From Eledone cirrhosa (taxonomy: Eukaryota): DNA of 64,000 bases. This document shows, one piece after another, positions 30,464 to 51,509 of the stretch. The stretch is from the NCBI GenBank assembly GCA_964016885.1, contig OZ024749.1, positions 49,290,001 to 49,354,000 of the forward strand, written 5' to 3'. Under the pieces are notes generated by a model. It did not search any database. It was not told the DNA's origin and saw only the letters and a program-made list of their open reading frames with translations. A program made the translations under genes and the position numbers. Every line of letters begins with the position of its first letter. Position 1 is the stretch's first letter.

Positions 30464-30800
30464 TAGCTAGTGAAGTTTTTTTTACAAAACGAAAAAAAAA
30501 ACGAGGTGTCCTACACGAGTGAAAGTGTAAGGAAAAAAGGTGAAATCGAAAATGCAACTGGAGTCTCTTTTTTTTTAAAATATATATTTATTTGGTTCCT
30601 TTACCGGTTTCGCAGTTCTTCTGCTTTTCAAAAGTAGAATTGAGTTGGAGGGTTTGTGGTTTTTCTCATATATGAGAAAAACCACAATTCAACTTTTGAA
30701 AAGCAGAATAACTGCGCAACCGGTAAAGGAACCAAATAAATATATATTTATAAAAACAAAGCCTACAGTTGCATTAGCGATTTCATCTTTTTTTCCTTTT
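30461..30800 (-). mobile_element. Family C asymmetric palindrome (PLE pLTR remnant)
   Basis: Centre ~30670 (TTTTCTCATATATGAGAAAA), arms of ~130 bp, tail on the left (~30461-30525). (TA)n flanks. Second copy at 57073. Confidence 0.78.
30599..30634 (-). ncRNA. Minimal type I hammerhead ribozyme, U3-A8 variant
   Basis: Minus strand reads CTT-TTGAAAA-GCAG aagaa CTGC-GAAA-C cg G-TA-AAG: 3-bp stem I, 4-bp stem II, palindromic ACCGGT stem III and a GUA triplet. Confidence 0.6.
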
Positions 30801-32401
30801 ATATATATATATACACGCACACATAATTATGGCATCATCCCTTTTTGATAACCACTACCAGTAAAATATGTTACTCAACTATCTGCACTGTTTATATTTC
30901 CTTCTATATTTGAAGTATGGCCATCTCCATATGAATTGAAAACTAGTGGTCCTTCCCCATTCTTTCCATTGCCTTCCTTTATATTCCATCTATCTCACTC
31001 TCTCTCTCTCTCTCTAATCTTAACTCGTTTATCATTCAACATCACAAGACATATCCCCCTCGTCGATAGTTTCTGCAGCAGAAATTCAAACTTTCTAATT
31101 TCTCACAGCATGAATATTTATTATCTTACTGTGAGAGATTAGTTTGTTTGCGGTATAGTAATAACATGATGATTATTAGAGTATTAGAATGATCATATGA
31201 TCATTTGAGGATATAGTGTAAGATTCTGAAATAAATAAATCATTCTCAATATGATTAAATAACATCGCAGCTAAGATGGACTACAGAGAAATATGTTTTT
31301 CTAACGCACCACCTGTTATTTGTTACTAAAATTTGCAGCTTATTTAGAATTTACCGTGATATCTTCAAAACAACATTGAATGTAGCAAACCGAAATAAAT
31401 AATTGAATTATTTTATATAAAATATATAATTCAATTACATGATGGATTTCAGGAGAGAAGGGATTTTCATTAAAGCGTTAGTAATAACAAATCGTCAATC
31501 TATGGAATGAATGAATGAATACGTGGTTGGATATCAAGCTTACAATTGCAGTCCAACCTCCATAACATTACACGCTTCAACTATTAAAAAAGAAATGGAA
31601 GGCACTTTAGATAGTGAAATGACTGTTGCCAAGCGTTATAGGTATTTGTCTTTCTCTTGGGCAACGTCGGTGGATGGAGAGGTGAAATTGTTATGCAAAT
31701 CCCTTTGTAATTCGTGACCGATGGGTGTCTTTACATGCATACTCATTTATGCTTAGATACATTTATGTTTACATACATACTCATTTACATACATAATCAT
31801 TTATGAGGTTAAAAAAAGAAGAATCAAGTAGCATCACCATCATCAAAACAACAGAAGGATAGAAATAAATATTTTATCGGTAAATACTTCGGCTTTTTTA
31901 AATACATTTGAATATGGAACTGTTAAATTTACCAGATCGCTCTAATAATATCTAAGAAATGATGTACGACTCTTTGTTTCCTAAAATCATTTGTATCTAT
32001 ATAGGGCAGGATTCATGTTCGGAGTATTATTTCTTCTTAAAATATAATAAAATGGAAAGAAGAGATCAACTAAAGTACGATATGTAATAGAACAAGAAGA
32101 ATTCGATACCGAAATGTAGCGTCCATTAAACATAATTAGCAATAAATATAGAGGCCTAACATTATGTTTGGAGGAAATAAGAAAGCGGCAATTGGATACG
32201 AGAGAGGGAGAGAGAGAAAGAGAGAAAGAGTTTCAGTTAAAATTGAAGACAGTAAATTACTTGAAAAGGAATGAAAAAAGAATTGAGAGAGAGAGATAGA
32301 GGGAGAGAGAGAGAGAGTTAGAGAGAGAAACATAGAGAGAACGACAAACATAGATATATAGAGAGCGAGAGAGAGACTTAGTGAGAGACACACACATAGA
32401 T

Positions 32402-32464
<63 letters not shown>

Positions 32465-33651
32465 GAGAGAGAAAGGAAATAGAGATATTGGGAATATACA
32501 TTGAAATGCTACATTAAGTAGAAAGATGTGTGTTGGAAGTTATAGAGATATAGAGATATACAAAAAGTTAGAGGCAGAGAATATTATGCAGTAGCGTGTG
32601 AAAAGATGAAATAAATAGGATGGGAGACTAAGCAAGAAACGTTGATAAAGAGATGAAAAAAAGAGATAAGAGAAATGAACGATAGTTAAAATAGAGGAGA
32701 GTTAGTTCAAGTCAGAGCTAGCGGGAAAGCAGCTATCATTAAATATCGGCACATTAATATGCAAGAAAGTGATAAAAGAATAGCAGTGGCCGGTAGTGGT
32801 AGAGAATGACCGTATGAATAATTGAGTTTTGTGTACGTTTGTATGCGTGGGGGTGGAAGTACCACAGATAGCATAGCAGACTATTCAGTAGGGTAAAAGC
32901 GGCTTGAAAAAGAAATGGTTAAAGCTACAATAATTCTAAAGTTGAGATAGATGCGGTAAAATGGAACGGATGTAATGGACTAAAGCCCCTAATGGCAGTA
33001 GCACCGCATGGCCACTCTCTCTATTGTTCGAACATATTGAAAATGGAAAAATACTAAAAAGAGTATGTAAATAAATAACTTTACTGAAGCATTGATGTTT
33101 TATGGAAAGAAAGGTAATGGAATTCCGAGTATGACTGATAATATATGTTAAAGAATGAGTGTAATTTATATATAATTATCAAAGTCAGAATGCTGAAGAC
33201 AATTTCTGATATGCAGAATTATACGAAAAAGTAGATAAAATGAGATGGAACAGAATGTGAAAATAAAAGTAACGTTTATGACGGAAAGCAGACTGACAGT
33301 ATGAGAAGGAAAACGTACAAATACTGATCATTTAACTGATGTGAAACAGATCAACACAAAAAGGAAGTGAGAATGAACAGGGAAAAAAATAATGAACATA
33401 GATTACTACGGAAAATCAGGATTACGAGCCTTGTAGGTATAGCAGTAATACAAGCAGTTAGGAAATACTTTTCCCGTAGAAATACAGATAGATGATGGTG
33501 AATATATTAATGGAAAATGAAGTGAAAACATAGAACATACACATTTCCTTTAGCAATAATAGTACAATTGTAACAAAAGGATTTCTTTTTACAAATAAAT
33601 GGCTTTGTAATGACTGCAAACAAAACAAACATGGACAGATACAAACAAAAG

Positions 33652-33739
<88 letters not shown>

Positions 33740-34204
33740 TGTATATATATATATGTATATATATATATGTGTATGTATGTGTGTATGTGTGTGTGTGTGT
33801 ATATACATGTATACATTTATATATTATATATATTATTTTATATTTATTTTATATATATTATGGGCAAAAATTATTATGCTGTATATATTGCATGCATGTT
33901 TTCCTGTTAACAATTATGAGACATATATTAATACTTCTGGTTGATTGTAGTTATGCAAGCTTTCAAGTTTCGTAATGTAGAATGGATTTACATCTGAGGT
34001 TGAAAAGTAAATTTAGGTAATTGATTTAATTCGTACTATCCATGATATTATAAACGTTGGATGCAGAAGTAAACAATTGCGTATAAGTCTTATTTCCAGT
34101 GTGTCTATTTATACAATGTAATTATTGCGTCTTTTAAGTTTCCAAACTCCACTAGATAATGTGTTATGTTAAACTTATTAATTAGGTTTATTTACAATAG
34201 TTTA

Positions 34205-35064
34205 TAACTGTTTCTACTTTAGGCACAAGGCCAGCAATTAACCAGTGCATTACTGGTACTTTATTTTATCGACCCCGTAAGGATGAAAGGCAAAGTCAAC
34301 CTCGGCGGGATTTGAACTCAGATCGTAAAGGGACGTAACTATGCTGGAAAGCATTGCGTCCGAGCCTCTACTGATACCGCCAATCCTTATAACTTTACCT
34401 ATTTATTGTTATGTGTGTTTGAAATAATGTTTTCTGATTTAGGCACATCAACCATTTTGAGGTGGAGGAAAAGTCTATGAAATCGAACCCAGTAAGTCAT
34501 GCTGATTTATGTTATCGACCCCGTAAGGATGAAAGGCAAAGCTAACCTTGTCGGGATTTGAACACAGAATGTAAAAGGGCCGTAACTATATGTCGCCAAG
34601 CAGAATGTCCGACACTTTTACGATACTGCTCATCCGCCGCCCTTATGTATATTTGAAATAAAGTTTTCTAGAATAGGGACGAGACCAGTAATTGTTTGGG
34701 GAAAAATCGATTATATCGACCCCAGTACGTTACAGATGCTTTATTTTATTAACCCCGTAAGGATAAAAGGCAAATTTAAACCTCAGCGGGATTTGAACTC
34801 AGATCGTAAAGTATCGTAACTCTATGCTGCAAAGCATGTTATCCGATTCTTCCGATACTGCTAATCCACCGCACTTAAGTATATTTGAAATAATTGTTTA
34901 TACTTTTGGCACAAGGCCAGCAATTACCCAGTGATTTACTTGTACTTTATTTTTTCGAACCCGTAAAAATGAAAGGCAAAGTTAACCGCGGCGGGATTTG
35001 AACTCAGAATGGCAAGGTCCGTAACTCTATGCGTCAAAGCAGGACTTCGGTCCTTCTACCGATA
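34205..35064 (-). mobile_element. Four head-to-tail SINE copies
   Basis: Copies at ~34205-34386, 34425-34642, 34659-34874 and 34891-35064, each with a CCCGTAA(GG/AA)AT(G/A)AAAGGCAAA core and the GGGATTTGAAC B-box complement. Confidence 0.9.
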
Positions 35065-35766
35065 TTTGTAATAATTATATATAATTTCACCCCACATTTT
35101 ATTATACACATAAATACATGTTATATATCGTCATCTGGAATAATGTATAATATGCTATATAACAGAACAAACTTAGTAATCATACATTCCGAATGGTAAA
35201 CTTAATTTACTCAAGTACAGTGATCTGTAATCCATATAATAAACAACATTTGAATATAGTAATAGCCATGCTAGAAAACTACTTGAGAAGCTTTTTTGTT
35301 TCGAATTATTTTTATCTACTATCGTAAAAATAAAAAGTACTCACTCTCAAAGCTTAACGGCATATCACTTTTAACAGAAAGAACAGACATCTGAATCCAG
35401 GGGAAAACGACATCTAATCATTTGCTAAACCCAACAAAGTATATGTATGAAAAGTATAAGGAAAGTATCTAATGTGTAGCCATTGAATAGCAGCAATTAA
35501 TTATGGTTAAAAATATTAACGATAAAAGTGGCTTCAAATTTAGTTATTCGAAAAACATGCACTTTTTAAACATTTTATCTCGCAAACCTTACTCAACATT
35601 ATTCTAGATATTGGTAAGTCGATAATCAACTGGGAATATTCTGCATGTTGCAGACTTTAAGGACTACAGCGTACTGCAGTAGTAGAGATAACGGTTTTCG
35701 ATACATAGGAGAGACATAAAAATGAGAAACAGAAGGGAAACATACGAAAATGAATATATATATATT

Positions 35767-35815
<49 letters not shown>

Positions 35816-35816
35816 G

Positions 35817-40618
<4,802 letters not shown>

Positions 40619-40935
40619 GAGAGAGAGAGAAATGGAGAGATTAAAAAAGAGCATATTTGAAGGAAAAAGAAGGAAATAAAGTTAATGGGAGTGGCAGTGA
40701 CAAGATACGTACTAAGACAAAATTGATTGATTACATCAAATATAGAGAGCGATGGCAAGATTGAGAATAATTAGGAAGTACGTGGAATAGACTGCAAGGG
40801 GGAAAATTAAGCATGACGTATGAAGAGGCAGCTGTTTTACCAGTGATTAACTCTTGAAGGGATGTGGATTAATAAAAATGTAGACAAAAAGAACGCATAG
40901 GAACGGATACACACATGGATAAATGAATCTAGATG

Positions 40936-41037
<102 letters not shown>

Positions 41038-41553
41038 AGAGGAAGAGACAGAGGGGGAGGGAGGAAAAGAGATAGCCAGAAACGAAGAGAATGAGGGAGA
41101 TAGAGACATATATATGAGAATAGAGAGGTATAAAACAGAGAAGAAAGATAAAATAAGAGGGTATGGGAGAGGGGGAAGAGAGATATAGGAAGACAGAGAA
41201 GAGAGAGAGATATAGGGGTGCTGGGGTGCGACGGGAGTAGGGGGGATGGTTGTGGTGGAAATGTCAGTCACGAATTGATTGATTCAGAGAACTAGATACT
41301 AAATAATATATATAATAAAATATGGAACACCAAAATATAGGAACGCTGAACAAAATATCACTGAAGTTTTTAAGAAAGAGAAATATTGTGGACAGGAAAT
41401 GACGACAACGAAGAAATAGTTTATATAGAAAGAGAGCTGGTAAGAACAATTAAAGATAGACAAGTGACATATTTGACTATAGACACTAAAATACATTTAT
41501 GGTAACGTAAGTAATCCAATTTGATGTTATTTATATATATATATATATATATA

Positions 41554-41757
41554 TAACGAAGGAAATGTGGTAAGGAACCAGGTGGACCATAACGCACCAA
41601 AGTACTCAATACTTGAGGTAGTAGAGTGGGTAATAGGAACCAGTAAGACCCCGACAGCTGAGCTCAAGCCGTTTCGACGGCTAATTCTGGATTAGCCGGC
41701 TAATCCAGAATTAGCCGTCGAAACGGCTTGAGCTCAGCTGTCGGGGTCTTATTGGTT

Positions 41758-41761
<4 letters not shown>
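41554..41761 (-). mobile_element. Family A asymmetric palindrome
   Basis: Exact centre GCC|GGC at 41697/41698. Tailed arm on the left, short arm ends TTCCTA at 41761. Confidence 0.8.
41697..41748 (+). ncRNA. 3' portion of a type I hammerhead (stem II, GAAA, stem III, GUC); CUGANGA half missing
   Basis: CGGCTAAT ccaga ATTAGCCG-TC-GAAACGGCT tgagctc AGCTGT-C-GGGGTC. Confidence 0.45.
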
Positions 41762-41841
<80 letters not shown>

Positions 41842-42377
41842 TATACATATATATAAAGAGCGAAGAGAAAGTGAAAGATGAGATTAAGGGTAAGAATGAA
41901 TGTGTATACGGATTCAAGGATAATAATATATGAATGAACATTAGTAAATATATGTTTGGGAGAGAAAGAGAGAGAAATTATATATATCTATATGTATATA
42001 TACATATACATTCATATAAGAGATAAGGATAATATAAGAGAAATATATTGTGCATGAGTATAGTAAAACTATATGGTTGTGAGGCAGCTGGCGTCTGATG
42101 ACTGGCCTGTGACGGAAAATCTGATAAAATTGAAATTAACACTATGTCTATTTTTTGCTGTTTCTATCTGATTATCTTTTCTCGCTAATTCTACTCTATT
42201 TCATCCATACATTTTAAGATCTGATAACATTTTTTTTCTGTATAGTTATACGTTTATCTATACATGTATTAAATATGCGCGCATATATGTGACTGACATT
42301 GTCTGTGTGAGATTATATAGATATACACACACACACGCACACACACAACGTACATACATACACCCACACACATACAA

Positions 42378-43453
<1,076 letters not shown>

Positions 43454-44124
43454 CACACTTGAAATTATATCTATGATGCTTGATAATTGCTAACGAATGT
43501 CTCGAACCATTTTGCCTGTTACCCGCCCGTGATATTAAAAACAAATATTAACTACTTTTTTGATATGGTGTGGATATGACGAAGACACTCACGAGTATAT
43601 CAAGACCGAGGAAGATACTAGCACCTCAGACGTACGACTGTTCCACTTATGAAATATCAACTTAGTTATTCGGAGATTTTTAATGACAACTCATAAAATA
43701 CTCATTCATACCAGTGTCCAAGCCAGGGAAGTGGTGGTGTTTATTTGTTGCAGATGTTCTTACTTCTTTCTACAGCCACTGCAGTGAAGTGGGACAAATT
43801 AACCTGTATATTTGACGAGCAGATACAAATGCCTGTGTTACACGAGGGTATTCTCCTATGTGTTTAATGCAAGTATGCTATGAAAGAGCATAATCAAAGC
43901 AAGATGACATTGGGCGGTTTGAAAGAAGTATCATTCATAATGTAAATATACAGAAACATGCAAATATACACACACACTAACACACACACATGCACACACA
44001 CATACGTGCACACACACACACGAACACATACATACACACACATACACACACACACACACGCATACACACACACAAACACACACACACACATACACACACA
44101 TACATACATACATATATATATATA

Positions 44125-44172
<48 letters not shown>

Positions 44173-44447
44173 TTAGTGAAAGAGTGAAGAATAACATGGT
44201 CCGTGGTACAAATGGGTTTCTATTAAGAGTATTAACAATTGTTTCTTTGATCAGTTGAGTCTAAAGGCCGCTAATCACTCGAAGTTGCGTCACACGACCT
44301 TAAATACACTGTGTGTCTCTGCTCAAATCATTGGAACTTGTCAAGCGGAGTCGAACAACGCCGTGTGTTAAACCTATCCACAGTACAGAGCACTCAACTC
44401 ATAATCTCTAACTGGAATACCTAATACGATAATTTATTATCCCAAAC

Positions 44448-44450
<3 letters not shown>

Positions 44451-44492
<42 letters not shown>

Positions 44493-44547
44493 AATATATA
44501 TATATATAAATATATATATATAAATATATATATATACATATATATAT

Positions 44548-44590
<43 letters not shown>

Positions 44591-44751
44591 CATATATATA
44601 AATTTATATATATATATATATATACATATAAATATATATATATACATATAAATATATATATATACATATATAAATATATATATATATACATATATAAATA
44701 TATATATACATATATAAATATATATAAATATATATATATATATACATATAA

Positions 44752-44820
<69 letters not shown>
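44451..44820. repeat. Interrupted (TA)n array
   Basis: Direct reading. It is followed by a diverged family A tail fragment at 44821-44862. Confidence 0.9.
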
Positions 44821-44822
<2 letters not shown>

Positions 44823-44948
44823 GATGGAGTTGTGATAAGGAACCAGATGGAACATAACGCAGCAGATTCTGCAATTTATATTGTCCTGTTTATACTTAAA
44901 TGCATAATTCTCATTTATGGTGTACACATACTAATTTAGACAGACATA

Positions 44949-45133
44949 TAATTGTTTCTACTTTAGGCACAAGGCCAGCAATTACCAGTGCATTACTGGT
45001 ACTTTATTTTATCGACCCCGTAAGGATGAAAGGCAAAGTCAACCTCGGCGGGATTTGAACTCAGATGGTAAAGGGACGTAACTACGCTGGAAAGCATGGC
45101 GTCCGACCCTCTACCGATACTGCCAATCCACCG
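44949..45133 (-). mobile_element. Full-length tRNA-derived SINE
   Basis: A box TGGCAGTATCGG, B box GAGTTCAAATCC, TSD GACATATAAT at 44943 and 45133. Confidence 0.9.
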
Positions 45134-46115
45134 ACATATAATGACACATATACATATGTAGAGATACGATCAAGCGCACACGTGTAAGTTCGTCACTCTG
45201 CCTGACATTGCGTATTTGACTATATTCTCTTCTCACCTCCAGCAAACAAACTCATCCAAAGTTTTGATCAGCACTAAATAACATTTGGTAATATTGACCA
45301 CCAGAAATCTCTTCAGATTATTATTTCCTTTTTCTTTTACTGGATATTTATCTGAGAACATCTATTTGTACAGAGCATTATTTTTCTCCAGTGATATTTC
45401 TGATCTTTGCCTTGCCAAGAGAAAATATTCTGCTTAAGTGAATGGGAATGATTGTGAGATATTTTAAAACATACATACGTTTCTATTCTGTTACTTACTT
45501 CGCACGAATGTCGCCACCAAAAACGAACTTTCCCAAACAACTGCATATCCATAAATAAACGCCCGCATGGAACTACTTTACTGGAATAAACAACTGCTCA
45601 TTTTTTTCTATTGTATTTCAGAAAGGTAAAATTGAATGATACTCTATACATTCGCAATAACATTAAAACTGTAGTAGTCGTAACCCACATATACACCATG
45701 TGTGAAAATATGACGTTTTGTCGTAACTCTGCAAAGCAATCTATCTTCTAAAACTAAATATGTTTTCCTATATATCTGTATACAGAACAAGAAAGTTTAT
45801 TGCAAATGAACTATACTAAAAGCATGCATGCTTTATTTTTTTCTTGTTAGATGTCTATACTTTTCTAGCCCCATAACCGTAGATGTCCAATATATTAACC
45901 CGTGGTAAATATTACTTATTTCCTTATGATTTATATTTGACGTTCTGTTTTCCCATTTGTTTAATTCAGAGACATAATAAATATTACTAAAGTATAACTC
46001 TTTTGTCAGCGTCCACTCTCAGATTTAAATATCTCTCTTAGATGAAAGGAGATCGTAATGCCCTAGAGCTTGTGCCAGATCTTGTGCATATTATGCGCTA
46101 GTACACACACAAACG

Positions 46116-46216
<101 letters not shown>

Positions 46217-46998
46217 TGGAAGCATTGGGAAAGATAAAGAAAATTGTGATCGCTTATAAAAGAAATTGTGGGATTACTTTATTTTATTTGTTTAGAAGAA
46301 GCGGTCGATATTTTCAATGAGATTCTATGTATTCATCTTGGAGAGATAGTTTTATTTGTCTACAGAGATATGCCAAACAAATGTGGTGCTCTCTGTGTGT
46401 ACTAATATAAGAAAGTAGTCTATTTAAAGGTAGCAGAATATTAGATTAGACTAGTATTTCAACAATTTGAAAAGAATTATCTGCAAATTCTTTTTCAAGG
46501 AACATGTTACCAAATATACGATAAGAGAGACAGCAAATAGATTATATTAATTTTTCATCGAGTTACGTATACATAAACACAAAAAATAAAACTGTAGAAC
46601 ATTAACATGGCCTCACAAAGAAAGACATTTCTCAGCACAGAAATATATATACGAACTAATACATGCACACAGACCTAACAACAAACTCGTAAACACTTAC
46701 ACATATTGATTCCAAACTTTCAGAAATGTCTACAATTTGTTTTCATAAATCAGCGAATATACTACTTGATTGGTATTTATTTTATGTGTACCAATAGTTA
46801 ATTTGCAACACTTCCGAACACACTTGGAATCAGAATTCAAATGCGAAAAAACAACAAACAACAACAAAAAAGAAAAAAAGTAAGAAAAAAAAGAAACAGA
46901 AATAAATCCCGCAATAATTCCTAGAGCTGCGAATGTTATACATGACATAGGTAGGAAATGTTTAATGGACTAACAATAATTCGTTATCAAACTAAATA

Positions 46999-47186
46999 TA
47001 ATTGTTTCTACTTTAGGCACAAGGCCAGCAATTACTCAGTGCATTACTGGTATTTTATTTTATCGACCCCGTAAGGATGAAAGGCAAAGTCAACCTCGGC
47101 GGGATTTGAAATCAGATCGTAAGGGACGTAACTATGCTGGAAAGCATGGCGTCCGACCCGCTACCGATACTGCTAATCCACCGCCC
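46999..47186 (-). mobile_element. Full-length tRNA-derived SINE
   Basis: Near-identical to the 44949 copy. Imperfect TSD ATCAAA..AAATATAAT. Confidence 0.9.
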
Positions 47187-47253
47187 TACAATCAAAACAA
47201 ATATAATGAAGCTATAATTATTTGTGACTGACAAAACGTTTCAAGAACAGATA

Positions 47254-47870
<617 letters not shown>

Positions 47871-50005
47871 GCGTATAAGAGAGGAATAGAGAGAGAGGGA
47901 TAAAGCGAGAGTGGGAAAAATTACAGAAAGAAAGACATGTATTTTCATGTAACCTCCATTGGCTTGAGTGGCATACAACTGAATGAAAACGCTCATGTAA
48001 CACACTGATTTCTCACATCGAAAATTAATAAGGGATATTAAATGCACGTGATTGTCCCCTAACGCAGTTAATGTGGTATGTTGACGTGTTAGTTTTCTCG
48101 AGAAATAAAGTAAACCGAGGTGGAAAGTTAACGCTAATGTTAATAGACCAACGGTTCTAATGCATATTGTCTAATTTTAAGAATGGAAAATTCAATATAA
48201 CTGTGTTTATAATCTATGTTCTTGTATATTATACATTGAATTCTGAATAGCAATAATTATAGTAATCATTTCCTATTCAAACACATGCCTGATAATAAAT
48301 GAGGAACCGTGTTCAATTGCATCAAAATCTCACCAATATTTCAACACCCAAATAAGATGTATACGATGAAAAAGTTGTACTATTTCTGGAAGTTTTATAA
48401 TTGATATGAACGATCTCACACTTTTGTTCGCTCTTCATCTTTCAAGGGAGGGAAGGATGAAAGACAAAGTAGACCTAGGTACAAATTGAATCCTTTTCAA
48501 CTATTTTCTAGTTAACTAATTTGATATATGTTATCAGATTTAGTATTTATTTACTTATTTAATATATTAGGTTCATGTAATATTGGCAAGATTAATCATA
48601 AAAGATTAGATCAAATATTATAGAAAAGAACATTGAGAAATTAAGTACAATTGTTATATTATAATCAAAGATTAACTGCATCCATAGACAAAATGTTTAA
48701 ATGTTAAACGAGAGATCCGTTTCCTTCAACGTGAAACAATAACCTGTTCACAATCAATTTGTAAGTCCCTTAAAAGTAAGGAGTAATTACTCAGCGCACC
48801 GGGTATATAGCACACTCTCCCAATATATGATATAGAAGTTTTGAATGAAATAATTATTTGAATTGCATATATCTACAGAAAGTGTTTAATCGATTGAATC
48901 AACTTCGGTTCTCGTATACGAAAGTCAATAAGTTTAGTAATGCAGGCTTTAGCTATAGCAACGCCATTTCCAAAGAATATAAAGCCCAAAACTATAACGA
49001 TACGTGACTTAATAGACTAACAAAAAGCTTGGTCATATAAACTTTCATTTAGCCCCCAGCCTAGTATGTTCGGAATTATTACTATTTTATCATAGAAATG
49101 AACGCAAGCATACTTGCATAAGAATAGCTCTAAACGTCTAGAGATTCTAGTATCGAAATCGAATATAATTGTTCCACCAGTATTTCTTGCGTATAATATT
49201 ATCATGTATAATAATAATCATTTTGTTAACTCAACATTACTGATGTGTGTGTGTATCAGTTTGTCTGATTTGGACAGACAGTCAGTAATAAATGTACACT
49301 ATTTTCGGATTCATTTATGAACACATGTCTTGAATGCACGTCCCTAGTGAAAAGCGCAATTTAGTGATGTTAGAGTCATAATTATCTCTCTGATTTTCTA
49401 AATTGTTTCTATAAATTGCATAAGTTACTTTTACATTGTGCTATTAGATTGGCCTGGGCTTTTACTAGCCGGTATATTACTATACACACTATTTAAAATC
49501 ACTTGAATGAATGAATGTTAATCATAATTTTGCAGACACTGTCAGACTTAAATAATTGAAAATCAGATAATATAATAATTTTGATTGTCAGTCATAGTAT
49601 TCAATGAAACTATTTAACACTTTATATGTATTGCTTTTGATTTCATAGGCAGTCATTTCTCATTATTTGTCTATAGCTATCCTTATTGCAGTAACATATT
49701 GTAGTAAACGTTATTCTATCAGGAATAACATGTGTTAATTTTTATTGCGGCAACTGGTCAAATCCGACTAAGATCCCCATAAATTAGTCATATCTGATTT
49801 CAGAGAGAACATTAAGGATTGAATTATCGAATGTATTTCCCCAACATAAACACACTAACGTGGATTTTGAGAGGGATTTGGCTTCTATTTATTGCAGGTA
49901 CAACAATTACGTATTTATATCTTTCACGCATAATCTCCACAACTGATTTCTCTAACAGGCTTCATTTTTTACAACCCTTTATAATACACACACAGCTGCG
50001 ATTCA

Positions 50006-50010
<5 letters not shown>

Positions 50011-50097
<87 letters not shown>
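50011..50097. repeat. (AG)n microsatellite
   Basis: Direct reading. Confidence 0.95.
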
Positions 50098-50101
<4 letters not shown>

Positions 50102-50369
50102 GTGTGCATGCGAACGTACGTGTGCGTGTTTAATTGTGGTCCTGGTGTGTATGTGTGTGATGTCTATTTACGTATATGTTTTTCAAGTGGTATGTTTATT
50201 TAAACCATTCTACAGATGCCAGAAATATATATTGAATACATTTTAAATTTTGCATTAAATATTAGGGGAGAGAGTATCGCTCAAGTTATAGTCATTTTAT
50301 TTTTCTGAAATGACATTAGATGTTACATACACTACAGCCGATAACAAAAATCTCTAAATGCATCGAGCG

Positions 50370-50571
50370 TCATCTGGCCAGTGCTTATTCATGGTTCTGT
50401 GGAGTGAAAAGATAGTAAATATTTCATCCTGGACAAGATGCCAGGGTTAAACACCTATCCTCTGTTGGTACACACTTTCAGCTGAGTGTTTTGCCCACGA
50501 ACAAAACTACATCAGAGAATCGAACCAACGACATTATGATTGTCAGTCCAACACCCTAACCTTTAGGCCAC
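50370..50571 (-). mobile_element. Old tRNA-derived SINE of a second family
   Basis: Minus strand GTGGCCTAAAGGTTAGGGTGTTGGACT...GTTGGTTCGATTC (A and B boxes), followed by GGGCAAAACACT. No intact cloverleaf. Confidence 0.55.
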
Positions 50572-51476
50572 ATGCATTAAATAATGAAAAATGATGAAAT
50601 TATATTTCCTTCTTTAAATTGGATGCGAAAACATCTTTCAATAAAATAATGTGAGCTAAATATCACATCGTACCACAGTAATCATAGCAATGGTGAAAAC
50701 AAGTAAATCATATATACTATTCTTTTTATAACAATGCAGCCAGGAAATGTCACCACATGTCATAGTCATGTTCATATGTTACTACTGCACCTGGTAAAAA
50801 TCAGATACAGATGAGTTTATATATGTCTAAGGCATTTCTCTCCCTGTTATCAATTTAAAGTTTGCAGGGTTAACCTATTTAACGTAAGTTTTATATTTGG
50901 ATTAGTTTATTATTTAACGGCTGTTGATATTTCTATTTCATGTCTACTATATAGATGCAGTCAAATGACATATGGGTTGGTATTCCCTTTCGGTTTCGTT
51001 TCACAATTATTCTTATCTGTATTATCTTGTTTCTTTGAATGTTAGTTATTATCGTCTTCATTTATTCTCATGGGGTTGGGCTTTTTTATATTATATATCT
51101 ACTCATATTTTCTAAGTAGGCTTCACTTTGAAGCTAAGTAGGTAAAGAAGGAAACAAGAGATAATAATAGGATAGAGAGATATATAGTGTGAGAAGCTAC
51201 GTGAATGATAGAGAATTAAAATAAAATAAAAGAAATAATGTAAACCCTTGAGACTTATAAAACACACTAGTATCTTTCTGTCGACATATGTATTCGAATG
51301 ATGTTATTGACCAGGCTGCCAAAGTGCAATAAAATATTTGGAAATATTACAAGAAATGTATTTTTCAGGCACTAAATGAAAAGCGATTATAACAGCTTTT
51401 GTGTGTTCGTAAAAAGCTAAAAAGACTATTTATTATTTTTGTTTCAGGACAACCTATTAGACGACATTAAATGCCG

Positions 51477-51509
<33 letters not shown>

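Noticed and set aside
34205-35064. CRISPR-like or tRNA-gene array
   Set aside because: The units are SINE copies dispersed elsewhere in the window, with no cloverleaf and no repeat-spacer structure.
45237-45590. Candidate minus-strand exons with GTAAGT/GTGAGA donors (similar weak candidates at ~19140-19360 and ~54467-54550)
   Set aside because: No recognisable protein similarity or consistent exon chain.
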